Shown here: positions 47,891 through 57,191 of the stretch, in pieces
Position numbering within the stretch: position 1 is the stretch's first letter
How the letters are laid out: every line of letters starts with the position of its first letter
Source of the DNA: Candidatus Latescibacterota bacterium
GTDB taxonomy: Bacteria > Latescibacterota > UBA2968
DNA length: 64,000 nt
NCBI GenBank assembly: GCA_965204745.1
Contig: OZ242010.1
Coordinates: 576,001 to 640,000 of the forward strand
Direction: 5' to 3'
Program-made: the position numbers and the translations under genes
The notes under the pieces: generated by a model
Told to the model about the DNA's origin: nothing
What the model saw: the letters and a program-made list of their open reading frames with translations, nothing else
Databases searched by the model: none

Positions 47891-50107
47891 CTATCGAATC
47901 ACCACGAACTTCTCGATGTCGGTTTCGCCCGTGTCTGGGTTGGTAATGTGCGCCACGTACACGCCGCTGACGATGAACTGGTTGTTGTCATTCGCCATCA
48001 GGGGCCACTCCTCGTCGCCGGATCCGGAAACGTGGTCGAGCCGGGTGACCAAGTCCCCTTGAAGCGTAAAGATGCGGATGATCGCCCGCGCGGGCAGGTT
48101 CACGAAGAGCAACTTGTTGGGTTGCCCGGTGAAGTTCAACCCGCCCGAGGACAAATCCCCGCCCAAAATGCTGTACGGATTGGGCACGACGCGCACCCGC
48201 TTCAGATCATTGACCGGGGCGGAAAACGGACTCACGCCGTCACCCAAGCCGCGCGTGGCAAAAATGCTACTCTCTTGCCCGGCGGCATTCACCGCAGTCA
48301 CCGCGTAAAAATACCGCTCGCCGCGGACGACGTCCGTGTCGGTAAAGCTGGTTTGCGAGATGAGCGTCGTGCCGTTGACCGGAATCGGCGGGTCGGGCAG
48401 GTTGGTTTCATGCCCGATCATTTTGTACAGATTGTACCCCGCCGCGTCGGGAACGCCTGCCCATTCGATCTCGTTTTGCGCCGGGCCCGATCGGTAAGTC
48501 ACGTTGGAAGGCCACGACGGCCCGAGTGGCAAACTGGGCGACACCCCGATAGGCCACGAGACTTCCTTCCCCTGCACCGTGCCGCTGACCACGCGGCGAT
48601 TCTCCCAAGCCGTGCGTGCGAGTGCCACGCCCTTCATCAGGGAATCGCGCCCGCTGTTGAGAAACGCCTCTTTTTCCTCAAAGGAAATCGAATCATTGAC
48701 CCACTGCGCGCCAACGCGCTTGTTCTCGTCTGCATGCGGGCCGGCCACGACCCACGCTTCTACGATGTGAACCCACTGCCCGGGTTGCAAGTCCCACGGT
48801 CCCCACGTAATCTGAAACGCCCACATATTCACGGAGGTCGGCTTGAGGTCGAGCGCGTCACTTTGGAAAATGCGTTGCTCGCGCGTCGTGCCCGGCGCCA
48901 CGATGAAATCGTACACCTCGGGGCGGCTGTTGCCGTCTGAAGACACCCAGTTGGAGCCATCCACGCGCTTGATCAACCGGGGTTGCGCGGTTTCAACGGC
49001 CTCGTCGAGAAACCAGTTGTTGGAATCGGACAAATCCTCGAAGGTCGTGGGAGTTTGCGACACGTAGAGCCACACCTTGCCCTTGTATTCGGACTCTAAA
49101 AATTCGCCCGCCGAGACCCGTGCGGCCTTGGCCAGCTCGAGGGCGTCATGGCCTTCGGGAGGCGCGGGTTCGCCCCGGTCATCGCCATCGGCGCGGTACC
49201 CGTCTTTGATCGCCGAATCGCCATCTCGCGCGTACAGGAGCTTTTCCTCGTCGTCAAAAAAATAGAGCTCGTCCCATTCGCCCAAGGCGCCGAGATTGGC
49301 CGTGCGGTGGCGCGAGCCGATTTCTACCGCGCCCTCATCGCGCACTTCGCCGGCCGGCCCTTGCCCGCCGCCGCGTTGCCAATAGACATTTTGCCCGATG
49401 TACAGGTCGTCAAATACCGGATTGGCCGTGCTCGATTCCGGGCTTGGCGCAGACCCGCGCGCGCCGACTCGCGAATCCGGCACATTGGGCGGTTCGGGCC
49501 GGCCATAGCTTCGGATCAAAATGAACATTTCATCTTGCTCGGGGCTTTGCCACGCATAGAGCCTGCGCCGCTCGGTCAGCCCGCCAGCGTAGGAGACCTC
49601 GAGGGGGATCAGCAGGTCAGCGGTCAAATCCGCCACCACCTGATCGTTGCGGTCCGCAAAAATCGTCCACAGTGCCTGCGACAAGGTCACGCCATCCTGC
49701 GTCACGGTCGGCGGTTGGTTGCGGTAGATTTTGGGCGTGATGCCGTCGCTGAGTTCAAAATGCGTGCGCGTAAAATCCCGCGCATCCTGCTTGTAGTCGT
49801 TGACAAATTTCGTGAATTGCACGCCGAGCAATTCGGGTTGGTCCCCCTGGAACGGTTCAAAATAGGAGGGCACATTGAAATTTTCGACAGCGAATTGCCA
49901 CCACCCGTCCATCACTTGGGCATTGACCGTACGCACGTCCGGATTTGTGAAGCCCGTTGCGCGCCCGCCCGGGGAGTTGATGGTGACAAAGTAGTCGATA
50001 TTGGGCCACGAGCCCCACATCCTCCCGATCCATTGCGCGGCCGCATCGCCCATTGGGATGAGCAGCGCCGCGCACACCAAAAGTATTGCGATTCGTCTTT
50101 GGGTCAT
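47891..50107 (-). CDS. Secreted protein with an FnIII domain and a T9SS type-A-like C-terminal domain
   Basis: Signal peptide; YNLYK...FTDTDV..G..YFYAVTAVN; VRVVPNPY...IRIFTLQGDLV...SGVY...KFVVIR. Confidence 0.75.
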   Translation of the reverse strand: MTQRRIAILLVCAALLIPMGDAAAQWIGRMWGSWPNIDYFVTINSPGGRATGFTNPDVRTVNAQVMDGWWQFAVENFNVPSYFEPFQGDQPELLGVQFTKFVNDYKQDARDFTRTHFELSDGITPKIYRNQPPTVTQDGVTLSQALWTIFADRNDQVVADLTADLLIPLEVSYAGGLTERRRLYAWQSPEQDEMFILIRSYGRPEPPNVPDSRVGARGSAPSPESSTANPVFDDLYIGQNVYWQRGGGQGPAGEVRDEGAVEIGSRHRTANLGALGEWDELYFFDDEEKLLYARDGDSAIKDGYRADGDDRGEPAPPEGHDALELAKAARVSAGEFLESEYKGKVWLYVSQTPTTFEDLSDSNNWFLDEAVETAQPRLIKRVDGSNWVSSDGNSRPEVYDFIVAPGTTREQRIFQSDALDLKPTSVNMWAFQITWGPWDLQPGQWVHIVEAWVVAGPHADENKRVGAQWVNDSISFEEKEAFLNSGRDSLMKGVALARTAWENRRVVSGTVQGKEVSWPIGVSPSLPLGPSWPSNVTYRSGPAQNEIEWAGVPDAAGYNLYKMIGHETNLPDPPIPVNGTTLISQTSFTDTDVVRGERYFYAVTAVNAAGQESSIFATRGLGDGVSPFSAPVNDLKRVRVVPNPYSILGGDLSSGGLNFTGQPNKLLFVNLPARAIIRIFTLQGDLVTRLDHVSGSGDEEWPLMANDNNQFIVSGVYVAHITNPDTGETDIEKFVVIR

Positions 50108-50147
50108 ATTTCCTCCTGTGTGAAAAGTAGCGGTCAGCCATCTTAGG

Positions 50148-50376
50148 GACCTATCCCCCCGGCCCCCGTTATTCGCTTCGCTCATTGTAGGCTACGCCTG
50201 TGCCTACGAGGAAAGGGGGAGAGTGTGGCTTGCTTGATAATGAATGCAAGGGCTGTGCGTGATGGCTTTGAGCGTGCGGAGCAGGCCATGAAAATCCCCA
50301 AAACCTTTCATCTAATCCCTCGCAAAAGCGATCCGCGTTCCCCCTTCCTCACAGGAAGGGGGTTAGGGGGTAGGTC
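50148..50376. mobile_element. MITE-like element inside the TBDR operon
   Basis: GACCTATCCCCCC...GGGGGTAGGTC. Confidence 0.75.
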
Positions 50377-50384
50377 ACAGCCTC

Positions 50385-53300
50385 TCAAAAGCTAAACCGC
50401 GCGCCGAAGCTAATGTCACGGCGGTCGCTGAAGAGGAGCGAGGGCCGGCGCATGTCGGGAAAGTTTTCGACATCCGTGCCCGGGCGGCTGCCCTCTTGCA
50501 ACTTGCCGTTGTTATCCACGGTCCAACCGATGGATTCCATGTAAGCGCGGAACCGGTTGCCGGTATTTGTGCCCGCATATTCAAAGGCCCTGCCACCGCC
50601 GTAACTACCCGCGCCGGTTCTGGGCGTGTCTTCGGGGTTGATCCCAAACACGTCGCTGCGATTGCCGCCGCCCAGGGTGTGCGTGTTTTTGAAATTGAGC
50701 GGATTGGAAATCTCTACGAACAGCATGGGCGCGCCCGGCAAATTGAACATCTTGGCAATGCGGAGGTGGCCTGCGTATTCATCCACCCATTGCGCGTTGA
50801 GCACATTGATCAACGACGCATCGGCATTGCCCGGGTTGTAGTTGAACCACTCGCCGGCCTCGCGCTCGAAGTAGAAGCCGAGGTTCCAGCCGCCCTTGAG
50901 CATGTTTTGCGCCCCGCCGTAATCCAAAGGCGTGCGGAAATTCGCGCCCAACTTGATCTGCGGCTTGGCCCGGAACGGGGGCGCGGCATTGTTGGGATTG
51001 TCTTCGATCACGGTTCTCGACGGCGTGGACACGGTCTTCACATCGCGGATGTGCCGCCAAGACGTGTTGCGAACCCGAGCTTGGCGAATGTCGTAGGAGA
51101 CGAACCCGGTAAAGAATTTGCCCCGGGTCTTCTGCAATTTCAGTTCCAAGCCGCGCGCGTCTGTCGCAAAGGCGTTTTGCGTGTTGCGCGTGTTGCGCCC
51201 GTTGAATTGCATCCAGTTGCGCGCATCTGTCCACGATTCGTTTTCCCCGTCTTTGAAATACACCGTGCCCGTGAACAAGTACTTCCCGAGGAAGCTGCGC
51301 TCGTACCCCATTTCGTACTGAATGGTGCGCTCCATCTTCATCCACGGATTGCCCAAAAACTCGAGGGACTGCCCCAAACCGCTCTGCGTGCGATACATGT
51401 CGCGCGTGTTCACGATCTGGTTAAAATGCCCGTAGTTGATGAACATTTTGCTCAAATCCGTAATGGGATAGGACGCGCCAAACCGGGGGCTAAAAGCATA
51501 GTCGGTCGGCGGGCGAACCTTGCGGGCCGCGCGATAAACCGCTTCCGCGTCTCGGCCAAACCACGGCGCGTGGGTTTCGTTGGGCAGGTCAAAATACAGA
51601 TCGGGCCGGTGCCAGTCCAAGCGCATGCCCGCATTGACCACGATATCGCGGTACTCCATCCGGTCTTGAAAAAAGACCCCGCCAAAAATCGGGGTTTTCA
51701 CAAAATAATTGTTGTGATCGCCGGTCGCGCCGCCAGAGGGCACGTCCGATTCGTTGAGCACGCCATCGCCGTTGATGTCGCCATTGCTCGGCAAATCCGC
51801 ATCATCGCGCCCGGTCCACGGAAATTCTACGGTGCCGGACGAACTGATGCGCGGGCCTTCGTACTCGTCCCGGTAAATGGGATCGCCGTATTCCGGCACT
51901 GCGGCAGGCACGTAGCCCCGATTTTCGTGCAGGTTGAAGTGATGCACCTGAACGCCGGTTTTGATCTGGTGGTGCGGCGTGATCTGGCTGGTGAAATCAG
52001 CCGTCAGATCGATTTCGTCGATAGTGGACCAATCGCCCGCACGGCTGTTGCCGCCGCCGCCTTGCAGCCGGAACACGTTGAGAATGTCATTGCCGCCCGG
52101 GTTGTAATTCCACCCAAAAGGCGCCTCGTTGAGAACCACGGCGCCGCGCGCACGGGCCGCATCCGCGCTGTCGTCAGTGACCTGTTCCCGCGACCCGTCT
52201 GTGTGAATCGCGATAGCCGCCGCGTTGGACTGCTTTTGCGGATGCCATTGCGTCGTCCAGTCCGCGCCGCCAAACCGCGCCGTCAGGTTGTAAAACGCCT
52301 TGGGCGAGAGGGTGTGCGTCCAGGAGACCAGGGCGTGGGCGCGCGCGATCTGCAATTTCTGATAATCCGCCGAGGGCATGAACATGCGCGAGTGGGAATA
52401 ATTTTCAAACACGGATTGCTGCGTGCGCTGTGGCACGCCCACGTTGTTGCCCTGATGGCTACCGTGTTGGAAGCCGCGGATGTACTGGACGCTCAATTTG
52501 GTCGTCGGCGTGGGGGTAAATGTCAGTTTGAGTTGCGTGGTGTTGTCCCGATAGGACACCGTGCCCACGTCAAAGGGATAGGCCATGCGCTCTTTGCGGC
52601 TGGACGCGGTGAACCCAATTTTGTCCTTCCAAATCGGGCCGCCCACTGTGAGGTCCCACAAATAATCGAAATCCCGGTCTTCCGGGTTTGCGTTGAACGG
52701 GCCGTCCGCGTACGGGTCGTCTCCGTCATAAGACCGGTGTTGCCAATCCCAGATACCCTTGGCCTGCGCGGCCGTGGTGATGGGGTCGCGCCCATTCACG
52801 CCGGACAGCCATTGCTTGCCGTCGGCCGTGCGATTGGCGAGTTCCTGATTCCAGCCGATGAAGTCCGGCGCGCCGTCGCTATTGCGGTCTTCTGTGGGCG
52901 TCATGGACTGAAACCGCCCGACATCCCACCAGTTTTCTTCGGCGTAGAGATTGGGGCCAAAATGCTTTTTGCCCGCGGGGTTGTAAGTGCCTTCTGCGGA
53001 GCCGAAATACCGCGACGGTTCTTTGGTGACGAAGTTGACCACGCCTGCGCGGATGTTGCCGTATTCGGCATTAAACCCGCCGGTGAGCACCTGAACCTGC
53101 TTGATCGCGGTTTTGGAAAACGACGTGTACGCGCGCTGGTGCCGGTGGTCGGACGCGGTTACGCCGTCCATGTTGAAGCCGATTGTGGTCGCATCGTCGC
53201 CGCGAATCGTAATGCCCCAGGCGTCTGTGTCTAAGCCCACCTGCGTGGCGACCTGATCGCGGATGCGCGGGCCAACCGGGATCGATTCGAGTTGCTCTTG

Positions 53301-53729
53301 CGTGATGGCCTGCTGGGCAAACGACACGTCCATCTGAACCGGGTCGAGGTCCGCGGTGACCACTATCGCCTCCAATTCGACCGTCGATTCTTTGAGCTGA
53401 AAGTCAACTGTCGCGGTGCGGTCCAAGAGCACTTCCACTTCGGTTTTGGAAACGCCCTGATACCCCACGAGTGAGGCCCGCACTTCGTACGTGCCGGGCG
53501 ACACGCGCAAAATGAAGTATTCGCCGTTGACATCGGCCACTGCGCCCATCGCGGTGCCCGCGACAACCACATTCGCCCCCGGCAACGGTTCGCCCGAATC
53601 CGCGTCTGTCACGCGCCCGGCAATTTTGCCCGTGGTCTGCGCGTGCAACGCAACAGGTGCGGCGAGCAACGCCGCACACACCATGCCCGCCAAAAACCCG
53701 AGCGGGCGAAAACCAGAAACATTCTTCAT
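50385..53729 (-). CDS. TonB-dependent receptor
   Basis: N-terminal CarboxypepD_reg-like domain (GKIAGRVTD..GEPLPGANV), plug VLTGGFNAEYG...GVVNFVTK, SPRFG, terminal FSF. Confidence 0.92.
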   Translation of the reverse strand: MKNVSGFRPLGFLAGMVCAALLAAPVALHAQTTGKIAGRVTDADSGEPLPGANVVVAGTAMGAVADVNGEYFILRVSPGTYEVRASLVGYQGVSKTEVEVLLDRTATVDFQLKESTVELEAIVVTADLDPVQMDVSFAQQAITQEQLESIPVGPRIRDQVATQVGLDTDAWGITIRGDDATTIGFNMDGVTASDHRHQRAYTSFSKTAIKQVQVLTGGFNAEYGNIRAGVVNFVTKEPSRYFGSAEGTYNPAGKKHFGPNLYAEENWWDVGRFQSMTPTEDRNSDGAPDFIGWNQELANRTADGKQWLSGVNGRDPITTAAQAKGIWDWQHRSYDGDDPYADGPFNANPEDRDFDYLWDLTVGGPIWKDKIGFTASSRKERMAYPFDVGTVSYRDNTTQLKLTFTPTPTTKLSVQYIRGFQHGSHQGNNVGVPQRTQQSVFENYSHSRMFMPSADYQKLQIARAHALVSWTHTLSPKAFYNLTARFGGADWTTQWHPQKQSNAAAIAIHTDGSREQVTDDSADAARARGAVVLNEAPFGWNYNPGGNDILNVFRLQGGGGNSRAGDWSTIDEIDLTADFTSQITPHHQIKTGVQVHHFNLHENRGYVPAAVPEYGDPIYRDEYEGPRISSSGTVEFPWTGRDDADLPSNGDINGDGVLNESDVPSGGATGDHNNYFVKTPIFGGVFFQDRMEYRDIVVNAGMRLDWHRPDLYFDLPNETHAPWFGRDAEAVYRAARKVRPPTDYAFSPRFGASYPITDLSKMFINYGHFNQIVNTRDMYRTQSGLGQSLEFLGNPWMKMERTIQYEMGYERSFLGKYLFTGTVYFKDGENESWTDARNWMQFNGRNTRNTQNAFATDARGLELKLQKTRGKFFTGFVSYDIRQARVRNTSWRHIRDVKTVSTPSRTVIEDNPNNAAPPFRAKPQIKLGANFRTPLDYGGAQNMLKGGWNLGFYFEREAGEWFNYNPGNADASLINVLNAQWVDEYAGHLRIAKMFNLPGAPMLFVEISNPLNFKNTHTLGGGNRSDVFGINPEDTPRTGAGSYGGGRAFEYAGTNTGNRFRAYMESIGWTVDNNGKLQEGSRPGTDVENFPDMRRPSLLFSDRRDISFGARFSF

Positions 53730-53774
53730 GCACTACCTCCTTTGGATGGGGTTGACGTGTGGAATCGAGACCAA

Positions 53775-53802
53775 GTTATAGCATAAACATGGGCGTTGTC
53801 AA
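53775..53802 (-). promoter_or_regulatory. Sigma70 promoter for the TBDR operon
   Basis: TTGACA-N16-TATAAC with extended TG. Confidence 0.65.
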
Positions 53803-53850
53803 GCGATATATTTTTTTATTTGTCAATTTGAGACCGCGACCGGGAATCGT

Positions 53851-56800
53851 CTATTCGCCAATGAAAAACATCGCGGTTTTCTCCGCGCGTTGCCCCGTAT
53901 TGAGATCGGTCACTGTCACCGCGATTTCGCAGGCGCCCGGTTGCGAATCCCCCGGGTCGATTTCTAGATAATTGTACTCGTCTGCCGCATTGCCCGCGTG
54001 GTGGTACGAGATCGTCACGACGGCTTTTTCCTCGATGCCGAGCAAGCGGCCGATAGCGCGGAGGACGCGCACCCCGCTGAGTTTGCCCTGTTTGGGCGTG
54101 ATGCGGTAATCCACGCGGTATTGGGTCCGTCCCAACGCATCGCGTTGCAGGTCGTACACCTCGTAGTAAATCACGATGGGTTGCCCCGCCTTGTACGCGC
54201 GAGACGGCAGGGCGACGACCTCCACCTGTGCCAATGAATCCACTTGCACGCGCCCGGCGAGTTCGATATCGCTGATCTTCAACCCGGGCACTGCGTAGTC
54301 TTCCACGATGAGCTCCTGAGTATAGCCGCCGGACCGCGCGGACGCGGGATGGTCGATTTGAAGCCCCAAGTAGTACTTGCCCGGGCGCACCGCGAGCGCG
54401 AGTTCGTCTATCGCCAATGTGCCGGCTTCAATGCCGGTCGTATCCACCTGCACGGGCATGGGGGCCACCTTGCGATAAACCGGTGCCCAAGCGCTGTCGA
54501 ACAGCGCGATGCCCCGTTCAAACGCGACCTCGGTTTTTCCATCCACCGCGTCTAAAACCGGCACCCCGTAATACACCTCCACGCGAGACCGCTCCTCTGT
54601 GCCCCTGAAATCCGCATAAGCGTAGTGAAAATCCAACGCATTGACCGGCGCGTACCGATCCGGTTGCGCGGCGATGGCGCGGGCGATGACCGCTTCGGGA
54701 CGCACATCTTCCCAAAGCCGCTGGTTGAACCGGGCCAGCTTCCTGCCCTGCGAAACATCGGGAAAGTCGAAATCCCCCCTCGGCGTCAGCGCGGTGAAAA
54801 CGACCTCGATGCCCCCGGCCACCTCCGGATAAATCCAATACGCCCACGGCTCGCTGCCATTGACCGGATAGAGCGGAATGCCCCGCAAGGGACGCTCGCT
54901 CATGCCCGGACGATCCCGGCCAAAGAGTTCCTTCCCGCGCACGTACGCGTTGACATCATCGCTTCCGGCCGCGAAAAACACGCGGTTGGGATTCATCTCA
55001 AAGTCGATAGACTCAAAATCGCTGATCCCGACCACCTCGGCCAATTCGGATTCGATCTCCACATCGCGCGTAGAGGTTCGCAACCGCCCGATGCGCGCGA
55101 GGATCTCCTGCTTGGCCTCTGCGGACAATGACGCGGCCAACCGCTCTTTCACGCGCACGACCTCTCGATCCGTTTCAAAGCGAATGTCCGAACTCGTGCT
55201 GATGTGCGCGGGTTCGCCGTAGCGAATGTACACATCCCCGCGCCTGTCCCAGGTCTGCCCATCTTTTGAATGGTGATCCAATGCGTACACCACGCGCCGA
55301 TAGTGCTCGACCAAGCGTTCATTGCCCGGCGTTGCCGGCGTGGGGTCGCGTTTTTGCCAGAAGGCGCGGACAAATTGCGGCCGTGCTTCGGGCGACAACC
55401 GCTGGTACTCGGCCCGTTCCTCCGGCCCTGCCACGAGGGAAATATCCTCGATGCGCGCCCGCGCCTCGTCGCTCAGGGTGCGGAGTTCTTCGGCGATCAC
55501 GGCTTGCGCTTTGCCGGTTTCCCCGATGTTGAGATAAGCCGACAGCAAGGGATGCACGCAGATCTTGCGAAACGACGGACGCGCCTCCATCAGTTCCCGC
55601 CAAACCGCCGCCGCCGAATCGATCCGCCCGCGTTTGAACAGCACGCGCCCAAAGTCGAACTTCGCCCGCGCAAACAGGGGATCGACCACGATTTGCCTGC
55701 AGTACGATGCCGCGCTTTCCTCGAGTTGGGCGCCGCGCTCTCGCACGCGCCCGATAGCGTAATGGAAATACGGATGATCCGGGCGTTGTGCAACACGCGC
55801 CTGCAAGTGTTCGATGCCCTTGCCAGCTAAAAACCGCGCCAGCGCGACATTGCCCGGTTGCGCGGCGCGTTGAAAATGTTGCACCGCGCCCTCCCAATCG
55901 CGCCGCGCCAGTTTCGCAATGCCCAGCACCCGTTGCACGTCAGGCGAGCCCGGGGCGATCTCAAATGCCTTTCGGGCATACGTCTCGCCGCGGGCCACTG
56001 CGCCGGTTTCGAGCGCGAGCAAGGCTTTGGCGGTCAGCGCGTGCGGGTCGCGGGGGTCGTCGTCCAAGACAAACTCCACCAGGCCCTGCGCCTCTCGCAC
56101 CGCGAGCGTATCGGCCATGGGTAGCCGCTCTCCAAAGGTCTTATCCACGCGCTTTTTGAGGGTTTTCCCAAGGCCGATAGCCCGCAACGAGGACAGCCCG
56201 ATGTGCGGATCGCCCATGCCCATTGCCGGCGCGATGTAGCATTGGGCGAAAACCGGTTGGTGTTCGAGAAAGTATCCGTACGCAAAAACAGCGCGTTCCC
56301 CTGCGCCGAGTGCCGCGGATTGCGCGGCGATCTCGGGTGGCATTTTCGCCCGTATCGGCGTGGGCGATGCGGGAGAACCCGAAATGCGAAATGCGCGTTG
56401 TGTGTGCGCGATTTGTTCGCCCGCTCGCGCCTCCACGCGCAGCGCGTATTCCCCAGGCGGCAAAGCGCGCAACGAAATGCCCTCCGCGAATTTGGCCTCC
56501 TCTCGGTACGCGGGATATTCGCGCTCGTGGTCAAATACGCGATGCCCGAATCGGTCGAGGACCTGAAACCGCACGCGATGGGCCACGCGCCCGATTTCGT
56601 AGAGTTCTACATAATAGCGCAGGACAGCCGAAAATTCGCGATCAGGCGCGGGCAAGAGTACATGCCCCGCCTTGCGAAACGACTCCAATTGCTCGCCGGG
56701 CGGGTCGATTTCGCGCACGAAAAACAGATCGCTCAACGCGAGTTGCCCGGCTTTGTATTCGCGCACCACAATGGGAAATACCGCTCGCCCCTGTCGGTTA

Positions 56801-57189
56801 TTGCCCAGTGCATCGACCTCGAGCACGGCGCGATACGCCCCCGGGGGAACGCGAAACCGCGCAATGTCGCAAATTTCGCGCTGTTCATCGACAGACACGA
56901 CGCGCTCGCCCGCGATCTCTTTCACCGCATTGCCCTGCGCCCCGAACAATTCCAAACGCGGGGCATAGCGCGCAACGACGAGGCTATCGCCCTGCACTTC
57001 CAGCGTGAGATGCGATGCCGGGAAACAGACGACGACCTCCTGATACGGCCCATCGTCTCCGCGATACCCGCAAACATCGACCGCGAGCGCGAGATCGCCT
57101 TCAACCCGCACCTCTTCGGCAGACGCGGGAGAAGTCAAAAGTGCGCTGAGCCACAAAAGGCACAAAAGGCGAACAAAAACAGATCGCAC
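53851..57189 (-). CDS. GWxTD-domain TPR protein, exported
   Basis: Signal peptide, TPR-like helices, FWQKRDPTPATPGNERLVEHYRRV.YA...DRRGDVYIRYGEP, Ig-like terminal domains. Confidence 0.82.
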   Translation of the reverse strand: MRSVFVRLLCLLWLSALLTSPASAEEVRVEGDLALAVDVCGYRGDDGPYQEVVVCFPASHLTLEVQGDSLVVARYAPRLELFGAQGNAVKEIAGERVVSVDEQREICDIARFRVPPGAYRAVLEVDALGNNRQGRAVFPIVVREYKAGQLALSDLFFVREIDPPGEQLESFRKAGHVLLPAPDREFSAVLRYYVELYEIGRVAHRVRFQVLDRFGHRVFDHEREYPAYREEAKFAEGISLRALPPGEYALRVEARAGEQIAHTQRAFRISGSPASPTPIRAKMPPEIAAQSAALGAGERAVFAYGYFLEHQPVFAQCYIAPAMGMGDPHIGLSSLRAIGLGKTLKKRVDKTFGERLPMADTLAVREAQGLVEFVLDDDPRDPHALTAKALLALETGAVARGETYARKAFEIAPGSPDVQRVLGIAKLARRDWEGAVQHFQRAAQPGNVALARFLAGKGIEHLQARVAQRPDHPYFHYAIGRVRERGAQLEESAASYCRQIVVDPLFARAKFDFGRVLFKRGRIDSAAAVWRELMEARPSFRKICVHPLLSAYLNIGETGKAQAVIAEELRTLSDEARARIEDISLVAGPEERAEYQRLSPEARPQFVRAFWQKRDPTPATPGNERLVEHYRRVVYALDHHSKDGQTWDRRGDVYIRYGEPAHISTSSDIRFETDREVVRVKERLAASLSAEAKQEILARIGRLRTSTRDVEIESELAEVVGISDFESIDFEMNPNRVFFAAGSDDVNAYVRGKELFGRDRPGMSERPLRGIPLYPVNGSEPWAYWIYPEVAGGIEVVFTALTPRGDFDFPDVSQGRKLARFNQRLWEDVRPEAVIARAIAAQPDRYAPVNALDFHYAYADFRGTEERSRVEVYYGVPVLDAVDGKTEVAFERGIALFDSAWAPVYRKVAPMPVQVDTTGIEAGTLAIDELALAVRPGKYYLGLQIDHPASARSGGYTQELIVEDYAVPGLKISDIELAGRVQVDSLAQVEVVALPSRAYKAGQPIVIYYEVYDLQRDALGRTQYRVDYRITPKQGKLSGVRVLRAIGRLLGIEEKAVVTISYHHAGNAADEYNYLEIDPGDSQPGACEIAVTVTDLNTGQRAEKTAMFFIGE

Positions 57190-57191
57190 GG

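Noticed and set aside
50496-53234. 912-aa plus-strand ORF and similar long antisense ORFs (e.g. 38514-40088, 14429-15853)
   Set aside because: Antisense shadows of high-GC genes with no recognisable motifs.
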